From Candidatus Omnitrophota bacterium (GTDB lineage Bacteria; Omnitrophota; Gorgyraeia; B26-G9), in NCBI GenBank assembly GCA_016213925.1, contig JACQZH010000021.1, positions 6,295 to 70,294 on the forward strand: a stretch of DNA of 64,000 bases. Direction: 5' to 3'. Below, piece by piece: positions 47,584 to 56,650 of the stretch. Positions within the stretch are counted from its first letter, which is position 1; the number at the start of each line of letters is the position of its first letter. Under the pieces are notes generated by a model. It saw only the letters and a list, made by a program, of their open reading frames with translations, did not search any database and was not told where the DNA came from. A program made the position numbers and the translations under genes.

Positions 47584-48010
47584 ATGGAATCAGAAACAAA
47601 AAAGGTAATTTTGGTGGTTGAGGATGATCAGCTAAGCGCTACGGTGACAGCGGATTTTTTAAAAGCTAATGGCTACAATGTAATGCCATGTTTTGGCGGT
47701 AAGATGGCATTGGAAGCATTGCAGGAGTTTTCTCCTGACCTGGTATTGCTGGATATTCTTATGCCGGAAATTGACGGATATGAGGTTTGTAAAATAATAA
47801 GAAGCAGAAAATCCAGCCAGCTGCTCCCTGGATAAAATATTTGATAAATTTATACAAGTGCAGACGAAAAAGTCAAGGCTTGGCAGGGGGTTGGGGCTTA
47901 CATTTTGCAGGATGGTAGTTGAATCGCATAATGGCAAAATCTGGGCGGAAAGCGAGCTGGGAAAAGGGAGTATTTTTTTTCTTGCTTTACCTGCGAAAAG
48001 AAAAAAATAA
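47584..48010 (+). pseudogene. Remnant of hybrid response-regulator/histidine-kinase gene (internal deletion plus frameshift)
   Basis: The receiver domain KVILVVEDDQ...DLVLLDILMPEIDGYEVCKIIRSRKSSQ stops after ~80 aa. The next frame encodes only the final ~57 aa of a HATPase_c domain (SLDKIFDKFIQVQTKKSRLGRGLGLTFCRMVVESHNGKIWAESELGKGSIFF). Confidence 0.5.
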
Positions 48011-48064
48011 GAGCATCTATATAAAAACAGTGCAAGATAGCTTTATTTTAAAAGGAGAAATATT

Positions 48065-48577
48065 ATGGAACGTTTAAATACAGTGACTTTAAAAGAAAAA
48101 ACATTTACTCTTATCGGGCAGGTTTTGTCATCAAGTGAACAAGCTCCGGAATTTGAGGTTCTTGATAATGACCTAAAAAAAACCGGGCTTTTGGATTTTA
48201 AGGATAAGATAAAGATTATCTGCTCTGTGCCGTCCTTGGATACTCCGGTTTGCGACCTTGAAATAAAGAGATTTAATAAGGAAGCAGCTGCCTTATCGCA
48301 GGATATAGTAATAATATTTATAAGCATGGATCTGCCGTTTGCCCAAAAACGGTTTTGCCAGGCAAACGAGATCAAGAGCGTAAAAACATTTTCCGACCAC
48401 CGCAATGCGGATTTCGGTACAAAATACGGGGTGCTGATAAAAGAGCTGCGTTTACTGGCGAGGGCGGTATTTATTTTAGACACGCAGAACACGCTGCGTT
48501 ATGTCGAGTATGTAAGAGAGATAAGCAGCCAGCCTGATTATGATAAAGCTCTGGCAGTTTTAAAAAAACTAGTGTAG
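48065..48577 (+). CDS. tpx: Thiol peroxidase
   Basis: SVPSLDTPVC motif and 170 aa. Confidence 0.8.
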   Translation: MERLNTVTLKEKTFTLIGQVLSSSEQAPEFEVLDNDLKKTGLLDFKDKIKIICSVPSLDTPVCDLEIKRFNKEAAALSQDIVIIFISMDLPFAQKRFCQANEIKSVKTFSDHRNADFGTKYGVLIKELRLLARAVFILDTQNTLRYVEYVREISSQPDYDKALAVLKKLV

Positions 48578-48641
48578 GGGATGTATTGATAATGCAATTT
48601 GGAAAATTTAAAAGGAATTTTTGGTTTTTTAAATTTAAAAG

Positions 48642-49649
48642 ATGAAAATAACTAAAATAATTCTGATATTTTTATTTCTATGCTTTTTCTGTATTGTTTT
48701 ATGCGCAGCAGATGTGATTTATCTGAAAAACGGAAAACATATGGAAGGAGAAATAATTTCTGAAGATGAAAAAACAGTTTGGCTTGAGATGTTTGGCGGG
48801 AAGATAGGAATTAAAAAATCAAATATTAAGCAGATAGATAAGAAGAAATCCGAATACACTCAAACTCAGGTAATATCAATAGAAGGTTCGGAAGTATCTG
48901 CAGGTGAGGTTTATGTAAGAATTAATCCTATGATTGAGCTTGATTTTAAAAGTAAAGAAGAAATATATGAATTGCGCAGAAAATATGTTTTAGAGTATCC
49001 TGAACTTTTTGATGGGCAGTATCAGCCTTCACAGGATGTTTTTGGGCAAATAGAGAGCGAAAGGCCCTGGTGGGGAATTTTGGGGCTGTCTTATTATGGA
49101 GATGGTGAGCAAAGCATAGAGGGCCCTTCTGAAGAATCTCGTTTCATAGCCAATCCATTTCTTTTGGTGGGGATAACCGAAGCATCGGCGCATAGAATAA
49201 ATAATAAAAAATTAGAGCCTGAGCCGGTCTATCCTAAACCAAGTAATCTTATCTGGGATAAGCAAAATCGGCGGGCAAGCGTCAGATATGATACGAAAAG
49301 TTTTTTTAGTTTAAGAGAAAAATTTAATTATCAAGATGACTTTGAAATGGAATTGATAGCTTATAATGCCAGGGATTTAGGGTACAATTATTTATATGTA
49401 GTGCTAGAGGAATCTAAAAATATTGATTATTCAGGGAATGATAATCAGGCAGTTATTATAAGGCAATTTATACATTTAGGAGGAAGCTGCGGATATCCCG
49501 GCGGAGGCAATAACATGAGCCCTTACCAGCCGGAACTTATATTTAAGGTTAAAGCTTTGCCCGCATACTTACTCTTAAAGTTGTGGAAGAGCCAGCCTCC
49601 GGATGTTAGTCAAGAAGCGGATATGAGTTTTGAAATTGAAATGAGATGA
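48642..49649 (+). CDS. Hypothetical secreted protein
   Basis: Signal peptide. 335 aa. Confidence 0.3.
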   Translation: MKITKIILIFLFLCFFCIVLCAADVIYLKNGKHMEGEIISEDEKTVWLEMFGGKIGIKKSNIKQIDKKKSEYTQTQVISIEGSEVSAGEVYVRINPMIELDFKSKEEIYELRRKYVLEYPELFDGQYQPSQDVFGQIESERPWWGILGLSYYGDGEQSIEGPSEESRFIANPFLLVGITEASAHRINNKKLEPEPVYPKPSNLIWDKQNRRASVRYDTKSFFSLREKFNYQDDFEMELIAYNARDLGYNYLYVVLEESKNIDYSGNDNQAVIIRQFIHLGGSCGYPGGGNNMSPYQPELIFKVKALPAYLLLKLWKSQPPDVSQEADMSFEIEMR

Positions 49650-49694
49650 GAAATAGTTGTTCCGGATGGAATCTAAGATTAGAAGATTGAAAAA

Positions 49695-50552
49695 ATGCAT
49701 ATTGAAGATATTTCATTAGAACACAGAGCGCTTTTAGATAAGAGGCTTAAGCATATAGGCGCCGGCTTATCAGATTTTAGTTTTTCCGGCATGTATCTTT
49801 TTCGGCGGCTTTATAACAACGAACTTATTTTTGATAATGACAATATTTTTATACGCGGAAAAACGCATGACGGGTTTACCCATCTTATGCTTACATGCCA
49901 TCCTAAAGATATTGAGCCGCAATATCTAAAGAGCATGCTAAGATATGCTGATTTTTTGTTTCCTATCCCTGAACCGTGGCTTGCTGAGGTTTTCCTGAAC
50001 GAGCAGTTTCAATGCGTTTTTAATGACGGAGATTCAGATTATGTTTATGATATTTCCCGGATATCCGCTTATTCAGGCAGAAAACTGCATAATAAGCGCA
50101 ATCTTTTAAAACAGTTTATCAGCGGTTATGAGCATAAATCATATCCTCTTATCGAAGAATACAAAGACGCGGCAAGGAAAATTCTTGATGAGTGGCAGGA
50201 AAATAGCGGCGAGGACAAAAACTCTACGGATTATTATCCCTGCCTTGAAGCATTGCAAAAAAGCGAGGAGCTTATTTTGTGCGGGATGATCTATTATGTC
50301 GGCAATGAACCTGCCGGATTTATTCTCGGCGAAGAATTAACAGCAGATATATTTGATATCAAGTTCGCGAAAGCTAAAAAAAAGTTTAAGGGTATCTATC
50401 AATATCTTTATAATGATTTGGCGAAACTTCTGCCGAAAAAATATGCTTTTTTCAATTTTGAAGAGGATTTAGGAAAGCAGGAATTAAGATCCGCAAAGTC
50501 TTCATATATTCCCAGCAGAAAACTGCTTAAATACAGGGTTAGTTTAAGATGA
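49695..50552 (+). CDS. Hypothetical protein, possibly DUF2156 (MprF C-terminal-like) fold
   Basis: Weak resemblance (FSFSGMYLFRRLYN...) to aminoacyl-phosphatidylglycerol synthase C-terminal domains. Confidence 0.25.
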   Translation: MHIEDISLEHRALLDKRLKHIGAGLSDFSFSGMYLFRRLYNNELIFDNDNIFIRGKTHDGFTHLMLTCHPKDIEPQYLKSMLRYADFLFPIPEPWLAEVFLNEQFQCVFNDGDSDYVYDISRISAYSGRKLHNKRNLLKQFISGYEHKSYPLIEEYKDAARKILDEWQENSGEDKNSTDYYPCLEALQKSEELILCGMIYYVGNEPAGFILGEELTADIFDIKFAKAKKKFKGIYQYLYNDLAKLLPKKYAFFNFEEDLGKQELRSAKSSYIPSRKLLKYRVSLR

Positions 50553-50574
50553 ACTTAAAAGGAGGAAGATTTAT

Positions 50575-50931
50575 ATGCATAAAATTTTAATAACAGCGGT
50601 TATGCTTGCCTGCAGTAATGTGTTTATGACTTTTGCCTGGTACGGGCATCTGAAGAATTTTAATACCAAGCCCTGGATAATCGCGGCGCTGATTAGCTGG
50701 GGCATCGCGCTTTTTGAATATCTTATCCAGGTGCCGGCAAACCGTTTGGGCCATCAGGTGATGAATCTCGGCCAGTTGAAGATCCTGCAGGAAGCGATAA
50801 CATTGACAGTGTTTATTCCATTCACTATTTTTTATATGAAGGAAAGCTTAAAACAGGAATATCTTTGGGCGTCTCTTTTTATTCTTGCCGCTGTGGTTTG
50901 TATTTTCCGCGGGGCATTGGTTAAAGGATAA
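50575..50931 (+). CDS. Small 4-TM DMT-superfamily-like membrane protein (DUF486-like)
   Basis: 118 aa with four hydrophobic helices. Confidence 0.35.
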   Translation: MHKILITAVMLACSNVFMTFAWYGHLKNFNTKPWIIAALISWGIALFEYLIQVPANRLGHQVMNLGQLKILQEAITLTVFIPFTIFYMKESLKQEYLWASLFILAAVVCIFRGALVKG

Positions 50932-51036
50932 ATTATTTCTTTAGCCTTAATTATTTTTTAATATTATTGTATAATAACTTGACTAAAGATGAGAATAAAT
51001 GGATGATTTTTTTAATGATTAAAAAAGAGGAGGGAT

Positions 51037-51327
51037 ATGTTGCATACGAGCACAGATTGGAAAAAAGATGGAGCTTCTTCTTTAAAGGAGCTTTTAGGTA
51101 AGTGGTTATGCCTGTTATATGCGCTTGTGTACGCTGGGTTTATTTTTATTAATGTGGCCAGCCCCCAGTTTATGGGGATTGACGTTGGCAGCCTTAACGT
51201 GGCGATTGTTTATGGTTTCGGGCTGATACTTTTTGCTATGGTGCTTGCGTTTATCTATAATCAGGTAAGTACTCACGCTGAAGAATTGCTTAATCAGCCT
51301 GAAGATAGAGAGGAGAAAACAGCATGA
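51037..51327 (+). CDS. DUF485 (YjcH-like) small membrane protein partnered with acetate-type symporter
   Basis: 96 aa with two TM helices. Its stop overlaps the symporter start. Confidence 0.5.
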   Translation: MLHTSTDWKKDGASSLKELLGKWLCLLYALVYAGFIFINVASPQFMGIDVGSLNVAIVYGFGLILFAMVLAFIYNQVSTHAEELLNQPEDREEKTA

Positions 51328-53246
51328 ATTATCAGGCATCCCCATGGGCAATCGCGCTTTTTGTTATTTTTGTGATTTCAGTATTAGGGATTTCTTATTA
51401 TTTTGCCCGCAGGACAAAATCGGCAAAAGGTTTTTTTGCCGCGGGAGGAAACATCCATTGGTCAGTCAACGGCATAGCGTTTGCCGGTGATTATCTTTCT
51501 GCCGCTTCGTTTCTGGGTATTTGCGGAATGATCTCCATTGCCGGATTTGACGGATTTCTTTATTCCATAGGTTACCTTGCCGGATGGATCGTGGCGTTAT
51601 TCGTAGTTGCCGAGCCGATGAAACGGCTGGGAAAATATACTTTTGCCGACGCTTTAGACTCAAAGTTCAACTCAAAAGGGATTCAGATTGCCGCTGCTAT
51701 CAGCACGTTAATGGTGTCAATTTTCTACCTTATCCCTCAGATGGTTGGAGCTGGCAGCCTGGTAACGCCGCTGTTAGGATTGCCTCATGAAATAGGGGTT
51801 ATCTTAGTGGGCGTGATAGTTATTATTATTGTAGCTACCGCAGGAATGGCTTCAACTACGTACGTTCAGTTTATTAAAGGGACTATGCTGATCGTATTTT
51901 CCCTTACCTTGGTGTTTCTTGTTTTTTCAAGGGGGATTTCAACTAAACCTGATCAGGGCGGAGACGTGCCTTTTCGGGGGTTTAAAACAATACCTGTTAC
52001 GGTTAGTACGGATAAGTCAGTTGCTTTAGCGGATAATTCGTATGCGGTGAAAAAAATGCTTACTTTTGGAGAAGGTGAAAAACAACTGCTTTTTGTGTTA
52101 TTAGTAAAAGACTCCCAAGAGACTATTTGGAAGTATAATACGAAAACAAACCTTTTAGAGGAAACCTTGTATACCGCTAAATTGCCTAATAATACCACAT
52201 TATATAATGGGGCGCCAAAAGAACAGGCGCAGTTTTATCAAGTTGGGCATATGAGTATGATTGATGGAAAATCTGATGCTAAAACCGGAACGCTTGATTT
52301 CTTTTCTTTTATAGAAAAAATAAAAAACGGCGTGGTGGTTAGATGGAACAAAACTCTTTTGGCTGATGAAGGCATTAAGTATACCATTTATCATCAGAAC
52401 CCTACGCTGGGCAGCGAAATTCTAAAGCCGGGCTTGAAATTTAAAGTTGATTCAGCAAAAGGCGCTAGTCTTATGGATAAGATAGATTTTATATCTCTAA
52501 TGCTCGCGTTATTTTTCGGGACCGCGGCATTACCGCATATTTTAATCCGCTACTACACGGTCAGAAGCCCGGCATGCGCGAGAAAATCGACTATTGTGGC
52601 GATTGCCGCGATTGGCTTATTTTATATTCTGACGCTATATATGGGCTTAGGGGCAATGGTTAATGGCGTAATTGATCTTACCAATGACAATATGTCGGCT
52701 CCGCTTTTGGCCAGGTCATTCGGAATTGCTATATTCGCGGTTATTTCCGCGCTTGCGTTTGCGACAGTCCTGGGCACGGTAAGCGGGTTGATTGTTGCCG
52801 CTTCAGGCGCGGTAGCCCATGATATTATGGATAGATTCATGGAAAAAAACATGAACGATCATGATAAGGTTAAAGCGGGAAAGATAGCTTCTGTTGCGGT
52901 AGGCGCGATTGCGATTATACTAGGTATTATTTTTAAGGGTATGAATGTTTCGTATCTGGTAGGGTGGGCGTTTGCAATTGCCGCTTCAGCGAATTTACCG
53001 GCAATCATGATGATACTTTTCTGGAAGAAAACTACTTCAAGAGGGGTTTTTGCTTCGATAGTGGTTGGTTTAGTTTCAGCGCTTGGATTAATCCTGCTTT
53101 CACAGGAAACATATACCAATGTGTACCATATTATTAACGTAAAAGCATTAGTGCCGATAAATAATCCCGCGATTATTTCCGTGCCTCTTAGTTTTTTAAC
53201 ATTGGTCGTAGTTTCGTTATTAACACAGCCTAAAGAGGCAAGGTAA
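51324..53246 (+). CDS. Sodium:solute symporter family transporter (ActP-like) with large hydrophilic insertion
   Basis: SSF-type TM core. 640 aa versus ~550 typical. A ~190-aa soluble segment lies between TM helices (about nt 51930-52500). Confidence 0.6.
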   Translation: MNYQASPWAIALFVIFVISVLGISYYFARRTKSAKGFFAAGGNIHWSVNGIAFAGDYLSAASFLGICGMISIAGFDGFLYSIGYLAGWIVALFVVAEPMKRLGKYTFADALDSKFNSKGIQIAAAISTLMVSIFYLIPQMVGAGSLVTPLLGLPHEIGVILVGVIVIIIVATAGMASTTYVQFIKGTMLIVFSLTLVFLVFSRGISTKPDQGGDVPFRGFKTIPVTVSTDKSVALADNSYAVKKMLTFGEGEKQLLFVLLVKDSQETIWKYNTKTNLLEETLYTAKLPNNTTLYNGAPKEQAQFYQVGHMSMIDGKSDAKTGTLDFFSFIEKIKNGVVVRWNKTLLADEGIKYTIYHQNPTLGSEILKPGLKFKVDSAKGASLMDKIDFISLMLALFFGTAALPHILIRYYTVRSPACARKSTIVAIAAIGLFYILTLYMGLGAMVNGVIDLTNDNMSAPLLARSFGIAIFAVISALAFATVLGTVSGLIVAASGAVAHDIMDRFMEKNMNDHDKVKAGKIASVAVGAIAIILGIIFKGMNVSYLVGWAFAIAASANLPAIMMILFWKKTTSRGVFASIVVGLVSALGLILLSQETYTNVYHIINVKALVPINNPAIISVPLSFLTLVVVSLLTQPKEAR

Positions 53247-53322
53247 AAGATAACGTAAGTTAAATAAAAACAACATGGCCAAGACATCGGATAGCGGAAA
53301 ACTATATTAGGAAAGAAAGAGA

Positions 53323-53889
53323 ATGATTAGCGCGAATGAACTGAAACGCAAGGCAATGATTATGATCGATGGAGAACCATACCAGGTTCTGGAGGTGTTT
53401 ATCGCTCTTCCTTCGGCGCGCGGCGCGTCAACCATGGTGCGTGTTAAAATTAGGCATTTGTTGAGCGGCTTGGCGCAGGATAGGACTTTCAAGGCAGCGG
53501 ATAAATTTATTGAGGCGGACGTGGATATTGTTGACGCGCATTTTCTCTACAAAGACGCGGACGCTTATTATTTTATGGATCAGAATACATTTGAAACTTT
53601 GGAGCTTTCGCAGCCAATGGCTGGCGATTTGGCCGGGTATCTGATTGAAGAGCTTGCGGTTAAAATTATGATGTATAACGGCGCTCCTGCGTCGCTGGAA
53701 CTGCCGCCATTTGTTAATATGAAAGTTACGCAGACGGACGCGCCTATACAGCAGGCAGGCAGCGCCGGAGGAGGCACGAAGAACGCGACTCTTGCCAGCG
53801 GCCTGGTTGTGAAGGTGCCGCAGTACATTGTTGCCGGAGAGACAGTGCGCGTGAATACGCAAACCGGGGAAGTGTCCGGACGGGCGTAG
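53323..53889 (+). CDS. efp: Elongation factor P family protein, EfpL/YeiP-like with Arg loop
   Basis: The loop is ALPSARGASTMVRV instead of KPGKG. The C-terminus KNATLASGLVVKVPQY...GRA parallels YeiP. Confidence 0.7.
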   Translation: MISANELKRKAMIMIDGEPYQVLEVFIALPSARGASTMVRVKIRHLLSGLAQDRTFKAADKFIEADVDIVDAHFLYKDADAYYFMDQNTFETLELSQPMAGDLAGYLIEELAVKIMMYNGAPASLELPPFVNMKVTQTDAPIQQAGSAGGGTKNATLASGLVVKVPQYIVAGETVRVNTQTGEVSGRA

Positions 53890-53961
53890 AGGTGTTGTCC
53901 GGGCTGCAAGCTAAAAATTGCTTTGCATATTTAAAAAATTAGTGTTAATATATGGCGAATT

Positions 53962-54429
53962 ATGGCGGAAACATTAGGAAGTCTTATCGATAAATTAACA
54001 ATAAAGTCAATCAGGGAATTTTATCTTAACAAGCTGATTAAATCCCGGAAGTCTGATTTTCCATTAGCGCAGTTAAAAGAAAAAATGGAAGTCCTTAAAA
54101 AGCAGAAAAAACAGCTTGGAAAAGAAATTGATTTGTTTGTAAATTCCGCTGCTGAAAGCGATTTTCCTTTGCGTGAGGAGAAGTTAAAGCTATATAATAA
54201 GCCCATCTCCATCGGAAATATAGGAAAAGCCCAGGCGATTTCGCAAACTGTCGATAAACTGGCGCAGAAAAACCTGGAACTATGGCAGTTAGAGGACCAG
54301 GCCCGCAGAACAGATGTCCCTCTTGAATATATAGGAAATATCAAAAGAAAAATCGACCTGGCAAACCAGCAGCGCAATGACCTGATTGACAGGATCGATG
54401 AGTTGTTCGAGAAAAAAGTACGAAAATAA
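53962..54429 (+). CDS. Hypothetical coiled-coil protein (possibly DUF4254-like)
   Basis: 155 aa, helical. It is convergent with the heptosyltransferase gene. The family assignment is from memory only. Confidence 0.2.
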   Translation: MAETLGSLIDKLTIKSIREFYLNKLIKSRKSDFPLAQLKEKMEVLKKQKKQLGKEIDLFVNSAAESDFPLREEKLKLYNKPISIGNIGKAQAISQTVDKLAQKNLELWQLEDQARRTDVPLEYIGNIKRKIDLANQQRNDLIDRIDELFEKKVRK

Positions 54430-54442
54430 ATTGAAATTTTTG

Positions 54443-55549
54443 TTATGTTTTAAGGTTTTCTTTTAAGTGTTCGCTAATCTTTAAAAATACTTCTTCCGGA
54501 GTGATCGCGCTAAGGCATTCACGTTTAATTGCCCGGCTGCATTTGAACCGGCATGGTGAACAAGCCAGATTTTTGTAAAAAACCATGCTGTTTTTCCCTA
54601 TAGGAGAAAATTTGCGCGGCGTGGTCGGCCCGAAAATAGCCGCGCTTAAACTTCCCAGGCAGCTGGCTAAATGCAAACTTCCGCTGTCATTGCCGATAAT
54701 GGCTTTGCAGTGCTTCAGGATAGCTGCTTCGTCGAGGATTTCTGTGGCCGAATCTTTATCTATTTCCAAAGGGATAATTGAGGATGATTGCATTTTTTTG
54801 GAAACTATTCTTAATAGATCAATATCTTTCGGGCTTCCCAAAAGCAATATGCGGTATCCTTTTTTAGCGAATAAATCGCCTAATTTCGCGAAATGTTCAG
54901 GCATCCAGTTTTTAAAATCCATGCCGCAGCCGGGGAACATGGCAATAAATTTACTATTGGGGAAACTAGACAGAAATTTTTCCGTCTTTTCTTGAGATGT
55001 TTTAGGCAAAGAAAGCTGTATGCTGTTTAAGTCAAAATCCTGGATTCCCAGGCGTGCCGGCAGGGTTATCAATTGTTCAAGAATATGCATTTTTTTATAC
55101 TCAAGGCCAGGCATCGGCCAGTCGGAAAGAAAGAAGCTTGCGCTTAGCATATATTTAGGGTTAAGGCAGCGCAGCCAGAAGCTTGTTTCCCAGCGGCGCT
55201 GTGTATCAATTAGAAGATCGATTTTCCCTTTCCAGAGTTTTCTGAAATTCAGGAATTTCCTGATGCCTTTGCCTTTGTCCGGCCGTTCAAAATGGATATA
55301 TCCGTCTAAATAGGGGATAGCTTTAAAGATTTTTTCAAAACGCGGATAGATTATTCCCATATAATATATTTTTGCATCGGGAAAAGCGTCGCGGATCATT
55401 TTAAAGAAAAGCACGCCGACAGCCAGGTCGCCTAATCCGCCGCCGCCTTTATAGATAGCGATTTCCTTAACCTTATCCCGAAGCTCAAGATACGGCTTTT
55501 GCGCCTTGAATTTCTTAAATTGTTTTATTTGTAAGAACTTAAAGTCCAT
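54443..55549 (-). CDS. Glycosyltransferase family 9 (ADP-heptose:LPS heptosyltransferase-like)
   Basis: AIIGNDSGSLHLASCLG motif and 368 aa. Confidence 0.65.
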   Translation of the reverse strand: MDFKFLQIKQFKKFKAQKPYLELRDKVKEIAIYKGGGGLGDLAVGVLFFKMIRDAFPDAKIYYMGIIYPRFEKIFKAIPYLDGYIHFERPDKGKGIRKFLNFRKLWKGKIDLLIDTQRRWETSFWLRCLNPKYMLSASFFLSDWPMPGLEYKKMHILEQLITLPARLGIQDFDLNSIQLSLPKTSQEKTEKFLSSFPNSKFIAMFPGCGMDFKNWMPEHFAKLGDLFAKKGYRILLLGSPKDIDLLRIVSKKMQSSSIIPLEIDKDSATEILDEAAILKHCKAIIGNDSGSLHLASCLGSLSAAIFGPTTPRKFSPIGKNSMVFYKNLACSPCRFKCSRAIKRECLSAITPEEVFLKISEHLKENLKT

Positions 55550-55710
55550 AACAGGATATATTCTATCATTAAGCGGATTAAAACTGAATTTAATTTTTCT
55601 CCCGAACCGGCCATGTTTGCCGGAACAGTTTGGTTAGTTAATACAGATATGATATACTACTTTATCAAGCTTAAAAAGAGGATAGTAATGACAATAAGAG
55701 GAGGTATAAC

Positions 55711-56061
55711 GTGGCTAAAGTGTTAATAGCTTTTCTGCTGTTTTTAAGCGGCTCGTCAATTGCTTACGCACATCCGCCTTCTGATATTAAAATAACTTTT
55801 GACCCGGAGAAAAAATTAATTACAGCCGAGGCCTTGCATGAAACCAGTGATCCGCTGCGCCACTATATTAAAAAAGTTGAAATAAAGCTTAATGGGAAAG
55901 AGATTATTAAGCAGAAGATATCCCAACAGGATAATGAAAGCAGCCAGACAGTATTTTATATTATCCCCGACGCGAAAGGCGCGGATGTCATTTCAGTGGA
56001 CGCATCCTGCAGGATGACCGGAAAATTAAAGAAAAAAATAAAAATAGAAATTAAAAAATAA
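55711..56061 (+). CDS. Small secreted protein
   Basis: Signal peptide and a Lys-rich C-terminus. 116 aa. Confidence 0.3.
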   Translation: MAKVLIAFLLFLSGSSIAYAHPPSDIKITFDPEKKLITAEALHETSDPLRHYIKKVEIKLNGKEIIKQKISQQDNESSQTVFYIIPDAKGADVISVDASCRMTGKLKKKIKIEIKK

Positions 56062-56146
56062 ATCCGGATGTAACTTGACGGAATATTTGTTATGTGATAT
56101 ACTGTTAATAGGCTAACAATATGGCTATTAACTAAAAGGAAGGCTT

Positions 56147-56650
56147 ATGTCATTAGAAAAAGAGATTAAAATGGAGAAAAAAATTAACACTGTCCGCCAT
56201 GAAGCTCTTTTGAATGTCGTGCGCACCGCGGATTTTATAGAAAAAATCTCCTACTCCTTTTTTAAAAAATATGGAGTAACAGCCGCGCAGTATAATGTGA
56301 TGATCGTATTAAAATTAGCGGCAAAGGATTTAACGCAGGCGCAGATAGGGGAAAGGCTGATTACCAGCCGGGCAAATGTTACTTCTTTGATTGACCAGCT
56401 GGAGAAAAGAAAATTCGTGCGAAGAAAAAGCGTGGCTGATGACCGCAGGGTGTATATTATAGAACTAACGCAGGCAGGCAAGGATCTCTTGAAAAAAGTA
56501 GAGCCGGCGTATTTGGATATCGTGGAAAAGAAGATGGCAGTTTTGACGGTAAAAGAAAATCATCAGCTTAGCCTGTTATTAACAAAGCTGAGGAAAATCT
56601 TTAATGTTTATGATAAGGAAGGAGATTGCGCAGATGAAATATTGTATTAA
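56147..56650 (+). CDS. MarR-family transcriptional regulator
   Basis: A wHTH with LTQAQIGERLITSRANVTSLIDQLEKRKFVRR...DRRV. Confidence 0.7.
   Translation: MSLEKEIKMEKKINTVRHEALLNVVRTADFIEKISYSFFKKYGVTAAQYNVMIVLKLAAKDLTQAQIGERLITSRANVTSLIDQLEKRKFVRRKSVADDRRVYIIELTQAGKDLLKKVEPAYLDIVEKKMAVLTVKENHQLSLLLTKLRKIFNVYDKEGDCADEILY

Noticed and set aside
47542-47835. Stand-alone CheY-like response regulator
   Set aside because: The receiver is truncated before its last beta-alpha unit and is followed in another frame by a HATPase_c tail. It is better explained as a decayed hybrid kinase gene.
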